IMG/VR virus record: IMGVR_UViG_3300006803_000024
Span: 1-53,318 of that record
Length of the DNA: 53,318 bases
Reading direction: 5' to 3' (one strand)
From: a virus
Taxonomy: Duplodnaviria; Caudoviricetes
The translations under genes were made by a program, and so were the position numbers. This document shows, piece after piece, positions 9,919-20,024 of this stretch. How positions within the stretch are numbered: position 1 is the stretch's first letter; every line of letters begins with the position of its first letter. The notes below the pieces were generated by a model. That model was given only the letters and a program-made list of their open reading frames with translations, was not told the origin of the DNA and did no database searches.

Positions 9919-10317
9919 GTGGCAATGAACCTATACGACGAAAATGTGCAAGACACCGAGGAAACAGCACACCTCACAATGGAACAGTATCAGGAGTACA
10001 AAGCCTCCTGTGAAGAGCTGCTCCGTCAGGCAAAGGCTGCTGCAAAGCTGTCTGAGAATTCTGAGTTCAAAGAAATCGTTATGGATGCGTATTTTGACCA
10101 AGAGCCAAAGCGGCTTGCTGGTTTGATGGCAACTGGCCGTCTCTCGGACAAGCAGTTCGATGAATGTATTGGTGAGCTTCGTGCCATTGGTTCCCTCCGG
10201 ACATTCCTTCAGGACTTCATCCAGAAGGGCAACATTGCTCAGTCGGAACTGGAAAATCTGGAAGCCGCTTGGAATGAAGCAGTTGAAGCAAATGCTTCGA
10301 TCAAGGGGGGTGAATAA
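9919..10317 (+). CDS. Conserved hypothetical protein between portal and scaffold (N4 gp58-like)
   Basis: 132 aa helical protein; synteny. Confidence 0.65.
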   Translation: MAMNLYDENVQDTEETAHLTMEQYQEYKASCEELLRQAKAAAKLSENSEFKEIVMDAYFDQEPKRLAGLMATGRLSDKQFDECIGELRAIGSLRTFLQDFIQKGNIAQSELENLEAAWNEAVEANASIKGGE

Positions 10318-10319
10318 TC

Positions 10320-11561
10320 ATGGCTGACGAGAACACCACACTCGACATCGACACGATGTCCGATGAAGATTTCATGAAACTCGACCCGTCTCAGATGCAG
10401 GAAGTAATTCCTGCTGACGAGCCAGAAGAGGAGACTCCAGTTGATGAGGACACTGGTTCAGAGGATGATGGTGAAACTGGTGAGACTGATCCGGATGAAG
10501 GAGATCCTTCTGGTTCAGAAGCCCCTGCTCCTGATTCCGATGAAGGTGACAAACCAGCCGATCCTCCTGCTGACCCGGAAGATGAAGGTGCCAATGAAGA
10601 CCCTGAAAAGGGAAAGACATCTCCAGCTCCGGAAGGAAAAGATGAAAAACCAGCAGAACCAGCTCCTGCTGCGAAACCAGAATCGAAAGATGACCAGGCA
10701 AAATCTGGGGATGTGAAACCTGCAAAGGTTGATCCCAAGATTGCTCAGGACTTCTTCGAGAAGGTTTCTGCTCCTTTCAAGGCCGATGGTCGTGACATGC
10801 AAGTCAAGACTCCGGAAGATGCCATCCGTCTGATGCAGATGGGTGTCAACTATTCTCGTCGTATGCAGGAAATGAAACCCCTGCGTGCTCAAGATCAGAT
10901 GCTGAAATCGAACGGTCTGAATGATCCTGAGAAGCTGAACTTCCTGATCGACCTGTCAAAAGGCGACAAGGGGGCAATCAAAAAGCTGCTCCAAGATCAC
11001 AAGATCGACCCTGTTGATATTGACACCACTGCGGAAGATACTCCGTATCAGGCCAAGAATTATCAGGGTGATCCCAAAGATCTGGCCTTTGATGATGCTA
11101 TCAAAGAGACTCTGGCTGCCGAAGGTGGTCGTGAGTTGATTGGTGACATCAACAAGGATTGGGACGAAGTTTCGAAAGAAGCTCTGCGAGATCAACCCAC
11201 CATCTTCCAGAATATCCTTGCACAAAAACATTCAGGGGTTTATTCGAAGATTAAAGCTGAATTAGATTACCAGCGGACGATGGGTTATTTGACCCAAGTT
11301 CCCTTCCTCCAAGCCTACCATCAGGTGGGTGAGGCGATGCAAAAGGCTGGTGTTTTCGACGAACCAAAAGCCCAACCGACTGTTGTCGGCACTGGCACCC
11401 GGAAGGCTGCTCCTAAGCCGAAGACTGAGCAACCCACTCCAAACGTCTCATCGGCAACTCCACCCCGATCCGCTCCAGCAAATGCTGGCGGGCAACACGC
11501 AGAACCGGACTATTCGTCTATGAGTGACGAGGATTTCAAGAAGTTGGCTCCCCCCTCATAA
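10320..11561 (+). CDS. N4 gp57-like protein, probably the capsid scaffolding protein
   Basis: Acidic, Pro-rich disordered N-half; PFKADG..., LMQMG.NY motifs; MSDEDF at both termini; directly upstream of the MCP. Confidence 0.75.
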   Translation: MADENTTLDIDTMSDEDFMKLDPSQMQEVIPADEPEEETPVDEDTGSEDDGETGETDPDEGDPSGSEAPAPDSDEGDKPADPPADPEDEGANEDPEKGKTSPAPEGKDEKPAEPAPAAKPESKDDQAKSGDVKPAKVDPKIAQDFFEKVSAPFKADGRDMQVKTPEDAIRLMQMGVNYSRRMQEMKPLRAQDQMLKSNGLNDPEKLNFLIDLSKGDKGAIKKLLQDHKIDPVDIDTTAEDTPYQAKNYQGDPKDLAFDDAIKETLAAEGGRELIGDINKDWDEVSKEALRDQPTIFQNILAQKHSGVYSKIKAELDYQRTMGYLTQVPFLQAYHQVGEAMQKAGVFDEPKAQPTVVGTGTRKAAPKPKTEQPTPNVSSATPPRSAPANAGGQHAEPDYSSMSDEDFKKLAPPS

Positions 11562-11598
11562 CGAAGAATCCAGTTGAGAAGTTTGAAAAGGAAATAAC

Positions 11599-12789
11599 AT
11601 GGCTCAACTTTACAATGCCCCTCCGGGTACGGCTTCGGACATTGGTCCGCAGTTCAACACTCACTACTGGGATCGTCGTTCTCTGATCGACGCTGCCGAA
11701 CAGATGTTCTTCAGCCCTCTGGCTGACGTTCGCTCGATGCCGATGCACTACGGCAAAGAGCTGAAAGTCTACTACTACGTGCCTCTGCTCGATGACCGCA
11801 ACGTCAACGACCAGGGTCTCGATGCTACCGGTGCCGTCACTGCCTGGGGTAACATCTACGGTTCGTCCAAGGATGTTGGCCTGATCAGTGCTCGTATGCC
11901 GACGCTGACCGAAGAAGGTGGGCGTGTGAACCGCGTTGGTTTCACCCGTCTCGAACGCTCTGGCACGCTGCAAGAGCACGGCTTCTTCACTGAATTCTCG
12001 GACGACATGATGACCTTTGATACGGATTCCGATCTGTATGGTCACATGAGCCGGGAAATGGTGGCTGGTGCCAACGAGATCACTGAAGATCTTCTGCAAA
12101 TCGACCTCCTGTCGAATGCAGGGACTGTGGTCTACACTGGTGTATCGACTCAAGACAGCGAGATCACTGGTGAAGGTGCCAACCCGTCGGTTGTTACCTA
12201 CATGGATCTGAAGAAACTGAGCATCGTCCTCGACGATAACCGGACTCCGAAGAACACCAAGATCATCAAAGGTTCGACCATGCAGGATACGATGACGATT
12301 AATGCGTCGCGTATCATGTACATTGGTTCGGAACTTCAGATCACTGTCGAGAACATGGTTGATGGTCTGGGCAACCCGGCTTTCGTTCCTGTTCGTAAGT
12401 ACGCTGCTGCTTCGACGATCATGAACGGTGAAATCGGTTCCGTGGGTGACTTCCGCGTTATCGTTGTGCCGAACATGATGAACTGGGAAGGTGCTGGTGC
12501 TGTTGCTACCGGTGCGAACCTCGGTTACTCGGACGACGGTGCCAACTACAACATCTTCCCGATGTTGGTTGTTGGTGACGGCTCTTTCGCAACTGTCGGT
12601 CTGCAAGGCTCCGGCAAGAAAGGTGCGAAGCAGAAGTTCAAGATCATCGTCAGGAAGCCCGGTAAGGAAATGGCCACGATTCAGGATCCTTACGGCAAGA
12701 TCGGTTTCAGCTCGATCACGTTCTACCACGGCTTCATCGCCCTGCGTCCGGAACGTCTGGCTGTTGTAAAGACCGTTGCGGCTGAGTAA
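11599..12789 (+). CDS. Major capsid protein (N4 gp56-like)
   Basis: 396 aa; YYYVPLLDDRNVNDQG, PTLTEEGGRVNRVGFTR, DPYG..GFSSI, LRPERLA motifs; strong codon bias. Confidence 0.95.
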   Translation: MAQLYNAPPGTASDIGPQFNTHYWDRRSLIDAAEQMFFSPLADVRSMPMHYGKELKVYYYVPLLDDRNVNDQGLDATGAVTAWGNIYGSSKDVGLISARMPTLTEEGGRVNRVGFTRLERSGTLQEHGFFTEFSDDMMTFDTDSDLYGHMSREMVAGANEITEDLLQIDLLSNAGTVVYTGVSTQDSEITGEGANPSVVTYMDLKKLSIVLDDNRTPKNTKIIKGSTMQDTMTINASRIMYIGSELQITVENMVDGLGNPAFVPVRKYAAASTIMNGEIGSVGDFRVIVVPNMMNWEGAGAVATGANLGYSDDGANYNIFPMLVVGDGSFATVGLQGSGKKGAKQKFKIIVRKPGKEMATIQDPYGKIGFSSITFYHGFIALRPERLAVVKTVAAE

Positions 12790-12797
12790 TCAGCTCT

Positions 12798-12826
12798 AAG
12801 GGGAGGGGGCTAACGCCCCCTTTCTT
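12798..12826 (+). terminator. Rho-independent terminator after the MCP gene
   Basis: AGGGGGC-TAAC-GCCCCCT followed by TTCTT. Confidence 0.7.
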
Positions 12827-12847
12827 ATCCTTTAACCTCTATCTAAT

Positions 12848-13591
12848 ATGGAAGATCATCCAATGAACATCAGTAAACTCGCACCCGCTGAAGCTCTCGA
12901 AGCTGTCACGGCAATGGAAACTGTAGAGCAACTTCGTGAAGCAGCGACCTCAATTAACGTCACATTCTCCGGCAATACCGGTGAAGGTACGCTCCGGAAG
13001 AAGCTCATGGATACCCTGTCTGCCGATCTGAACGAGCTGGACACTGACGACGACGCTCCTGTCGATCTGACTGAACCAGAAGAAGAGACCATCCCTGATC
13101 TGGGCGGCGATAAGTTCGACCCGTCTGAAATCCAATCGACTGCTGGCCCTGCGAAGAAGGGTCCGTCGATGAAGGAAATCCTGGAGATGGATCCGAATGA
13201 GATCACTGATCCTCTGCTCCTGCGTCAAGTGGTTCGTGCCAAGGCACTTCGTCTACGTCGTGTGAAGATCACCAATCTTGACCCTGCTGATTCTCAGCTT
13301 AATGGTGCCATCATCACTGCTGTGAACAAGTTCACCGGCAAGGTTGCCAAGTATGTCCCCTTCAACGAAGAAGAACATCCCAACGGCTACCACATCCCTG
13401 AGATCATCTTGAACCAGTTGAAGAGCCAGAAGTTCCCTCTCCGGAAGGAGATTAAAGGCGGCCAATTCGGCGTCAAGAAGTACAAGACCACAATGATCAA
13501 TAAGTTCTCTATCGTCGAGCTTCCACCGCTTAACGAGAAAGAATTGGCTGAACTGGCTGCTCATCAGCGTGCATCTCACGCTATTGACTGA
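12848..13591 (+). CDS. N4 gp55-like protein
   Basis: LRRVKITNLDP, KYVPF, GYHIP, ELPPL...ELA..Q motifs; synteny. Confidence 0.75.
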   Translation: MEDHPMNISKLAPAEALEAVTAMETVEQLREAATSINVTFSGNTGEGTLRKKLMDTLSADLNELDTDDDAPVDLTEPEEETIPDLGGDKFDPSEIQSTAGPAKKGPSMKEILEMDPNEITDPLLLRQVVRAKALRLRRVKITNLDPADSQLNGAIITAVNKFTGKVAKYVPFNEEEHPNGYHIPEIILNQLKSQKFPLRKEIKGGQFGVKKYKTTMINKFSIVELPPLNEKELAELAAHQRASHAID

Positions 13592-13624
13592 TAACTGAAG
13601 AAGTACAATTTATTGTAAGGACTT

Positions 13625-14632
13625 ATGGCTATGCCCGTAGAAGACACATGTAACGCAGACGCACAGGCTAATAGTCTTTACACTTCTTTGGTTGGAGATC
13701 TGGATCCGATTGACTCTGTAAGTCTCTCGGATCCAGCTTTTAATTTTGAGATTGATGAAGACAGTGACCTATATTCTGATCTCTCTTCAGTCTCACTAAA
13801 AGATTTGACTGAAGTTGAGATTGATGGGAACGGTGTATTCGACCGTTTGATGGCTGCTGTTAACAACCATCTGAATCAACAATTCAAACTAAACCGTATC
13901 ACAGGGGCAGAGTATTCCCGTGTATACTCAGAATCTTTGCTTGGAGTTTTGGGTACTGCTTCTCAATTTGTTCTGAATAAAGACAGACAGAAATGGGAAG
14001 CAGTCTCAGCTCAGTATGCAGCTCAGGCTCTGGAGCTGGAAGGCAAGAAGTCTCTTCTCAACTATGAACAGTTGAAGCTTGAGTACAACAAAAATCTTCT
14101 TGAGACTAAAGTCGTGGGTACTCAATATGCACTCACCAAGATGCAGATTGCGAATGCTGATATAGCCTATTGTCTGACTGCTTCGCAGAAAAAGATGGTC
14201 GATGAGCAGTTCGAGAAAGAACGTAGCCAAACCTTGGATACACGTTCTGATGGATCCTACGTGCAAGGTGTTGTTGGCAGCCAGAAAGCTAATCTCGATA
14301 AAGATGTTGAGACCAAAGCGTATAGCCTGAACAACCTCTTCCCCGCTCAATTGAGTGTTCTCAATGAGCAAGTTGAGAGTGAACGTTCAAAGACACTAGT
14401 TACTCGTCGAGATGGTACTCCTATTACTGGTTCTGTTGGTAAACAGATTGATCTGTATAATCAGCAGATTGATAGTTTCATTAAAGATGCAAAACAGAAA
14501 ACTGCGAAAATGTATCTTGATGGTTGGATTACTTCAAAGACTTTGGACGAAAATCTTGCTTCTCCGAATGAGCTTGATGTCCCTTCAGTAAGTGAAGTGC
14601 TACTGTCTTTGAGAACAGAGAATAATCTTTAA
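13625..14632 (+). CDS. N4 gp54-like structural protein
   Basis: G.GVFD.LM, RITGAEY, GSVGKQIDLY.QQI.SF motifs; synteny. Confidence 0.75.
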   Translation: MAMPVEDTCNADAQANSLYTSLVGDLDPIDSVSLSDPAFNFEIDEDSDLYSDLSSVSLKDLTEVEIDGNGVFDRLMAAVNNHLNQQFKLNRITGAEYSRVYSESLLGVLGTASQFVLNKDRQKWEAVSAQYAAQALELEGKKSLLNYEQLKLEYNKNLLETKVVGTQYALTKMQIANADIAYCLTASQKKMVDEQFEKERSQTLDTRSDGSYVQGVVGSQKANLDKDVETKAYSLNNLFPAQLSVLNEQVESERSKTLVTRRDGTPITGSVGKQIDLYNQQIDSFIKDAKQKTAKMYLDGWITSKTLDENLASPNELDVPSVSEVLLSLRTENNL

Positions 14633-14644
14633 AGGTGTCATCAG

Positions 14645-17380
14645 ATGGGTTTGTTTTCAGGGAGTAACGTGATCAACGTTTCTTCTTCAGTCTATAATCT
14701 GGCTGGAGAAGAACTTGATCGACCGAATTTCTTGAAAACAACTTTGTTTTCAGCAGTCATGAGTCCATACGATCTGTACTTGGGCGAGAAAATTATAGAC
14801 AATTACTTGAAGGGTCCGGGGATCCTGCAACGATCTTTTTTCAATTGGGCTGTAAGAAATGAACTATCAGGTATCCCAACCTACTCTCAAAATATAATTG
14901 AAAATATATCACAGAGTATTGTAGAGCCATACATTCCTATTCCAGCCTCTCCTGCTGGGTTGGTTAACATTGTAATTTCTGCGGAAATTACATTTGGTGA
15001 TTATTCTTTTTGGGCAGAACGTTGGTTGTTCGATAATGCCCCAGAAGAAGTCGCACTAAACTGGTTCGCAGACTACGATCAAACTAATCACCAAATTACC
15101 ATTCAATATGAGAGTGGGGCTACAGTTGTTATCCCTGCTGATTCTTATGACAAGAATGAGAAGTTTGTTGTTGCTCGATACTACCAAGTAGTGCCGACAA
15201 GTGTGGAACCTATACAGGTTGGTACAAAAATCTTAAACATCACACCAGAGCCTTCGAATTCTGGTTTTGTGTTCAGTGCCACAGCAAACATTAATACTGT
15301 TGGCCATTCTCTGGATCAAACTGTTCGAGTGACCAAGGAGTATTCTGATGGAAGTCCGACCACGACTACAAATACTCCAGAGACGAATGTGGAAAGCTTT
15401 ACCACTATTCGAGACACCTACACCAAAACAGAGTACGTCGGTAATACCGGTGGGACTCCAAACAACAATTCGAGCATAGAGACTACTCTTCTGATTTGGG
15501 AAAGAAGGAGGATCTATACTGATCCCACTTTCACTGTTGAAAGTGTTGTTGTTAATGATCTCGGAGGGGGAGATACTGAGACTGTAACTACTTCACGGTC
15601 TGGTGAGTATCTTGAACCAATCTATGATTACCAAGAAAAAACCCAAGAAACCATCTTTGACAAGATTGATGGGGATGGTGGTATTTGGATTTATATGATT
15701 GGTGGGGGAAACACTGTACTCAATGCTTTGGTGGTAGATACTGTTGCTGGGCCATCATACGAGTATTACCCTATTCTCCCCCTCAGAATTAACAATGAGA
15801 GCATCAGAGAACCTGGTTTTGAGGATCTGTATGCTGAAACCAAAAAAGCCTATAAGAAGGCCACAGGAGGTGGTCTTAAAGGGTATAATATTGATAACAT
15901 CCTAGACAAGATTGAAGACAATCCTGACATTGGAGACATTGACTACTCTTATGTTCAGTGGGGGTGTTCTGTTAACATAATTGATCTTTCGAGCAAACGA
16001 TACATTTATCTGTGGCTGAAGAGTTTGATGAATATTCAAAACACCACGTCTGCGGATATTACAGCTTTTGAGGATAGTGTTGTATTATATTCTGATTTTC
16101 AGGCTCAGTTGATTACATGGAGTGCTGCACAAAATAATAGCTTAGATCCGTTGTTTAATACGCCGAGACCCACGTACCCTTTGTACACTTCCCCTAAGAC
16201 AACAACTATTCAATTGAAGAGTGATCATCCCCAACTCGGTGGGTTTGATAACAGATATACGTGGATAAATATTAATGAAACTTTTCACTCTGGTTTGGGA
16301 AAAGCCGGGGCTGTGCTAGATGATATTTGGTTTGATAATGGTTCAACGATTAACTGGAACATCTCTCAAGAGTTCGGAGAGCGAGAAGGATCTTCTTTTC
16401 GGATAATTGATAGAAGTGTCTCAAGTGTAGAGATGTTTAAACAAACAGGAGTAAATTCTTATTCAAAACTGACCATTTGGGGAATGTCTCACGACAACTT
16501 TATTTATCAAGGAAAAGCGGTCACCACTTCATTGTTTGACGGTGTGAACGATACAAGTGAATCTGTATTCCTAATCCCATTACACGCTCCAACAGTAAAA
16601 CTGTTGGGTATCAAAGACTTTACTCAATTGAGTATTTCAAACACATTTATCACTTTTAATTCTTATGAGGTTGTGAAGAAAAAGTGGTATGAGTCCTTTT
16701 TAGGAATGTTGGTCGTTCTTGTTGTAGTAGTAGTGATCTCAGTACTTATTAACCCTGCACTAATGGCAAACGTGTCTGGTCTGTTGGGGTCTAATATTGC
16801 ATTAGGAACAACTCTAGGTTTCACAGGTACAGCAGCCATTGTAGCAGGTGCTGTTACAAACGCTGTGGCTGCTATGATCCTATCTCAAGTGTTGTCTCAA
16901 GTAACTATACAGGTTTTTGGTGAAAAGTGGGGAGCCATTCTTGGTGCTCTGATTGGCTTTGCTTTGAGCTTCGGGATCTCTAACGGATTTTCAAACTTTA
17001 ACCTCAGTACTTTGATGAACCCTCGTACTATTCTTAGTTTTAGCTCTGCGATTGCTAACGGGTACTCTGGCTTTACTCAAGCAGAGACTGCCGAAATCAA
17101 TGAAGAGATGATGGGGAACCAAGAAAGTTATGATAAATCTGTTCAAGATTTGAACACTTTGTTACGGTCTTTGGGTCTTGCAGATGACTTGCTTTTTGAT
17201 CCACTGGGACTTACAGAGAGTGCAAGAGGCAATGAGTATGGTGCAAAATCTAGTTATGTACCTGAATCCCTTGATCAGTTTATATCAAGAACCATGATCA
17301 CTGGTTCGGACATTGTTGATATTACTCTCTCATTGATTACAGACTACACTGAACTACAGCTTACATTGCCTAAAGGTTAG
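14645..17380 (+). CDS. N4 gp53-like tail/virion protein
   Basis: MGLFSG start, VSSSVYNLAG, FLIPLH, VKKKWY followed by hydrophobic helices; synteny. Confidence 0.75.
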   Translation: MGLFSGSNVINVSSSVYNLAGEELDRPNFLKTTLFSAVMSPYDLYLGEKIIDNYLKGPGILQRSFFNWAVRNELSGIPTYSQNIIENISQSIVEPYIPIPASPAGLVNIVISAEITFGDYSFWAERWLFDNAPEEVALNWFADYDQTNHQITIQYESGATVVIPADSYDKNEKFVVARYYQVVPTSVEPIQVGTKILNITPEPSNSGFVFSATANINTVGHSLDQTVRVTKEYSDGSPTTTTNTPETNVESFTTIRDTYTKTEYVGNTGGTPNNNSSIETTLLIWERRRIYTDPTFTVESVVVNDLGGGDTETVTTSRSGEYLEPIYDYQEKTQETIFDKIDGDGGIWIYMIGGGNTVLNALVVDTVAGPSYEYYPILPLRINNESIREPGFEDLYAETKKAYKKATGGGLKGYNIDNILDKIEDNPDIGDIDYSYVQWGCSVNIIDLSSKRYIYLWLKSLMNIQNTTSADITAFEDSVVLYSDFQAQLITWSAAQNNSLDPLFNTPRPTYPLYTSPKTTTIQLKSDHPQLGGFDNRYTWININETFHSGLGKAGAVLDDIWFDNGSTINWNISQEFGEREGSSFRIIDRSVSSVEMFKQTGVNSYSKLTIWGMSHDNFIYQGKAVTTSLFDGVNDTSESVFLIPLHAPTVKLLGIKDFTQLSISNTFITFNSYEVVKKKWYESFLGMLVVLVVVVVISVLINPALMANVSGLLGSNIALGTTLGFTGTAAIVAGAVTNAVAAMILSQVLSQVTIQVFGEKWGAILGALIGFALSFGISNGFSNFNLSTLMNPRTILSFSSAIANGYSGFTQAETAEINEEMMGNQESYDKSVQDLNTLLRSLGLADDLLFDPLGLTESARGNEYGAKSSYVPESLDQFISRTMITGSDIVDITLSLITDYTELQLTLPKG

Positions 17381-17391
17381 GAGAAACAAAT

Positions 17392-17826
17392 ATGGGACTA
17401 TATGCTAATCCGGTTGAAAACCCGCTTATGCCTTCAATGCCGGGGTTGGACACTACTGCAACAAATGCTGCCGTTGCCGGTAATACCAATAACATGGGGA
17501 CTGGTTCTTGGACCTCTTCTCAAAATGGTACAATCTTCAACAGTCAAACTGGTGCTGTACAGAAGCCCGGATTCTTCGGTCAAGGGGGTATGGCTCAAAT
17601 TGGTTTGGGTGCCATCTCTACTCTTGGTTCACTCTGGAACAGTTTCCAGCAGAACAAGATCGCCAAAAAGTCTTTGGCTCTTCAAGAACGGACTTTTGAA
17701 ACCAATCTTGCAAACCAGACAAAGACGTACAATACGGAACTCGAAGACCGGATCCGTACTCGGTATGATACCGAACGTCGTGACCCTTCCGAAGCACAAT
17801 CATACATCGAAAAGAACAAGCTGTAA
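17392..17826 (+). CDS. N4 gp52-like virion (ejection) protein
   Basis: 144 aa; NLANQTKTYNT.LEDR...R, YIEKNKL; synteny. Confidence 0.75.
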   Translation: MGLYANPVENPLMPSMPGLDTTATNAAVAGNTNNMGTGSWTSSQNGTIFNSQTGAVQKPGFFGQGGMAQIGLGAISTLGSLWNSFQQNKIAKKSLALQERTFETNLANQTKTYNTELEDRIRTRYDTERRDPSEAQSYIEKNKL

Positions 17827-17838
17827 GGGATACATATC

Positions 17839-19953
17839 ATGGCTCGCCTCACTATTGAACAAATCAAGGCACCAGATCTTTCGGTGGCTTCTCAGGCAAC
17901 TGCTCGTGCAGGGGAGGCGTTTCGTAAAGGTATGTCTTCTGCATCGGATCTCCTGTCTCAATACCAATCTGGTCTTGAGACACAGGGTGATGCTGAACTG
18001 ACCAACCTGCTGGCTGGTGCAAAGAATGAAGACGAATGGAACTCCATTCTGGCTTCGACTGACTTCAGCAAGATGAACATCTCTGCTGGAATGCGTCAGA
18101 ATATCATGAACCGTCGAGACAATATTCTGGGGTATGAGAACAAGCGTGCTGACACTCGTTTGGTTGATGCCAACACCGGCAACGTCAATGCTACTACTGC
18201 TCGGACACGGAATGCGACCGGCATTGACACGAACCAAGACAATCGAGCTGGTGAGCTGCATGGTGTCACCATGGCTGATCACAATTGGCGTCAAGGTGCT
18301 CGTGCAGAGGATGCTTCTTTGGCAGGGGCTGCTCTTCGTGCTGCTGAGGAAAGTGTGACCAATGGTTATGACCAACCTGGGGTAGGCGGCCCGGTCAGTG
18401 GTCAAAGCTCTGGTGCTGCTGCTGTCACTCCAGGGACCAATACTGGTCCTCGTGCAGATGGTTCAGGTATTTCTGTTCCAAATTCTCGTCCCGCAATTCA
18501 AGCGAACAACGATGATGTCCTCATGTTGGCTCGTACTCTGCAAGCTGAGGCTGGGAACCAAGGTCGTGAAGGCATGTTGGATGTCGGATCTGTCATTGCC
18601 AATCGTGTGGGTGACTCCCGTTATGGTGATGGGACTATCCGTGGTGTTGTCATGCGTCGTGGTCAGTTCTCTGCTTGGAATGGGGAGACTGGACATGCTG
18701 GTGGTGAGCAAGGCCAGAACATGAACTTCCAACCCAATGCAGATGCTATGGCTGCTGCTCAGGCCATCATCTCTGGGAATTATAAAGACCGGACAAATGG
18801 GGCAACCCACTATGTGAACAAGAACATCTCCAACCCTAGTTGGGGGAACAATGTTACATATCAGCGTGGAGATCACTGGTTTGGGCAAGCTGATGGGCCG
18901 GGCAATGGTCAACGTCCTACACCTCCTGCTGGTGGACCTCAGCCTCGTCAACGTGTAACTCAGAACCCGAACCAAGGTGGTCCAGCTCAACAGGCTTATC
19001 TAGGTGCTCTGGCAAACTCTCAGTATCAATCGACTGCTGATGTTTTAGCTGCGTACCAGAACCAGTACGACTACAATGAGACTGGTCAAGCTGCCATCAC
19101 TCTTGCTGACAACAAGTTGGCTGAAGAAGCACTGGCCCAACAGATGCTGGATATTGCAGCAACGAACGTTGATCCCACTGAGGCAGTGGTTCAGTTCCGG
19201 AATGAGAACCCCGGTGCAACTGCTGTCGAACGTCTTCAGTTTGAGGCTGATGTTCTGGAAGCCACAGGTGATGGTGGTGCTCTGAGTGCTGCTCGTCTCC
19301 AGATCGGTACGACTGGTGCTTCTCCCAATGACATTGGCATTGCTGATGCAGCACTGGCTGACATCTCTGAGCGTCAACAACGAGACCGATTCCAAGTGGC
19401 TCAGAATGGTGCTGGTGAATTCACTTCTGATCCTGCCGGGATGATGACATCTGCTCTGAAAGGTCTGGGGATTTCGACCACACCTTCGGATGTGGAGTCT
19501 GCCATCAACTCTCTGGCAGAATCTCAAGGGATTACCCGTGCTGAAGCTGCATATTCCTATGCTCGTGCTGCTGAAGAAGAAACTCGTCTGGGACGTGCTC
19601 TCTCCATCGGTGGTGACAACCTGAGCAACTGGGGTGCTGAACGTTTTGCCCAAGAGCACTTCAAAGGGGAGAATGCTGCAATAGCTCGTGCTGCTTTGGC
19701 TGATGACCGTCGAGTTGCTGAACGCATCCAGACTGCCACAAGCAATCTTGGACGGATTGAACGGAAGATCCAGAAGCTCCGTCAACAAGGTGAGACAGTT
19801 CCTGTTGACTTGGTTTCTCAACGTGATGAGGCACGTCGTGCTGTTGAAGGTTTCTATGAGCAATATGGGAACCGTGGACAGACTGATACCCCTCCTCCAG
19901 CCGGTGGTGCGAACCCCGGAGCACGGATTGAGCAATCTCTCCGTGACGGCTAA
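17839..19953 (+). CDS. Internal virion protein (gp51 position) with an SleB/Hydrolase_2-type cell wall hydrolase domain
   Basis: LARTLQAEAGNQG..GM..VGSVIANRV, GQFSAWN, GATHY, HWFG motifs. Confidence 0.8.
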   Translation: MARLTIEQIKAPDLSVASQATARAGEAFRKGMSSASDLLSQYQSGLETQGDAELTNLLAGAKNEDEWNSILASTDFSKMNISAGMRQNIMNRRDNILGYENKRADTRLVDANTGNVNATTARTRNATGIDTNQDNRAGELHGVTMADHNWRQGARAEDASLAGAALRAAEESVTNGYDQPGVGGPVSGQSSGAAAVTPGTNTGPRADGSGISVPNSRPAIQANNDDVLMLARTLQAEAGNQGREGMLDVGSVIANRVGDSRYGDGTIRGVVMRRGQFSAWNGETGHAGGEQGQNMNFQPNADAMAAAQAIISGNYKDRTNGATHYVNKNISNPSWGNNVTYQRGDHWFGQADGPGNGQRPTPPAGGPQPRQRVTQNPNQGGPAQQAYLGALANSQYQSTADVLAAYQNQYDYNETGQAAITLADNKLAEEALAQQMLDIAATNVDPTEAVVQFRNENPGATAVERLQFEADVLEATGDGGALSAARLQIGTTGASPNDIGIADAALADISERQQRDRFQVAQNGAGEFTSDPAGMMTSALKGLGISTTPSDVESAINSLAESQGITRAEAAYSYARAAEEETRLGRALSIGGDNLSNWGAERFAQEHFKGENAAIARAALADDRRVAERIQTATSNLGRIERKIQKLRQQGETVPVDLVSQRDEARRAVEGFYEQYGNRGQTDTPPPAGGANPGARIEQSLRDG

Positions 19954-19962
19954 GACAACTTT

Positions 19963-19990
19963 CAGGACTGGTATTTCGGTGCCAGTCCTG
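19963..19990 (+). other. UUCG-capped RNA hairpin upstream of the vRNAP gene
   Basis: CAGGACTGGTAT-TTCG-GTGCCAGTCCTG; no U tract follows. Confidence 0.6.
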
Positions 19991-20024
19991 TAAAGAAGGG
20001 GAAACCAGATCAAGGATCCCATAA

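Noticed and set aside
11536-12729. 397-aa ORF antisense to the major capsid gene (likewise 19045-20124, 40397-41500 and others)
   Set aside because: Same antisense-shadow artefact; no RBS or protein motifs noticed.
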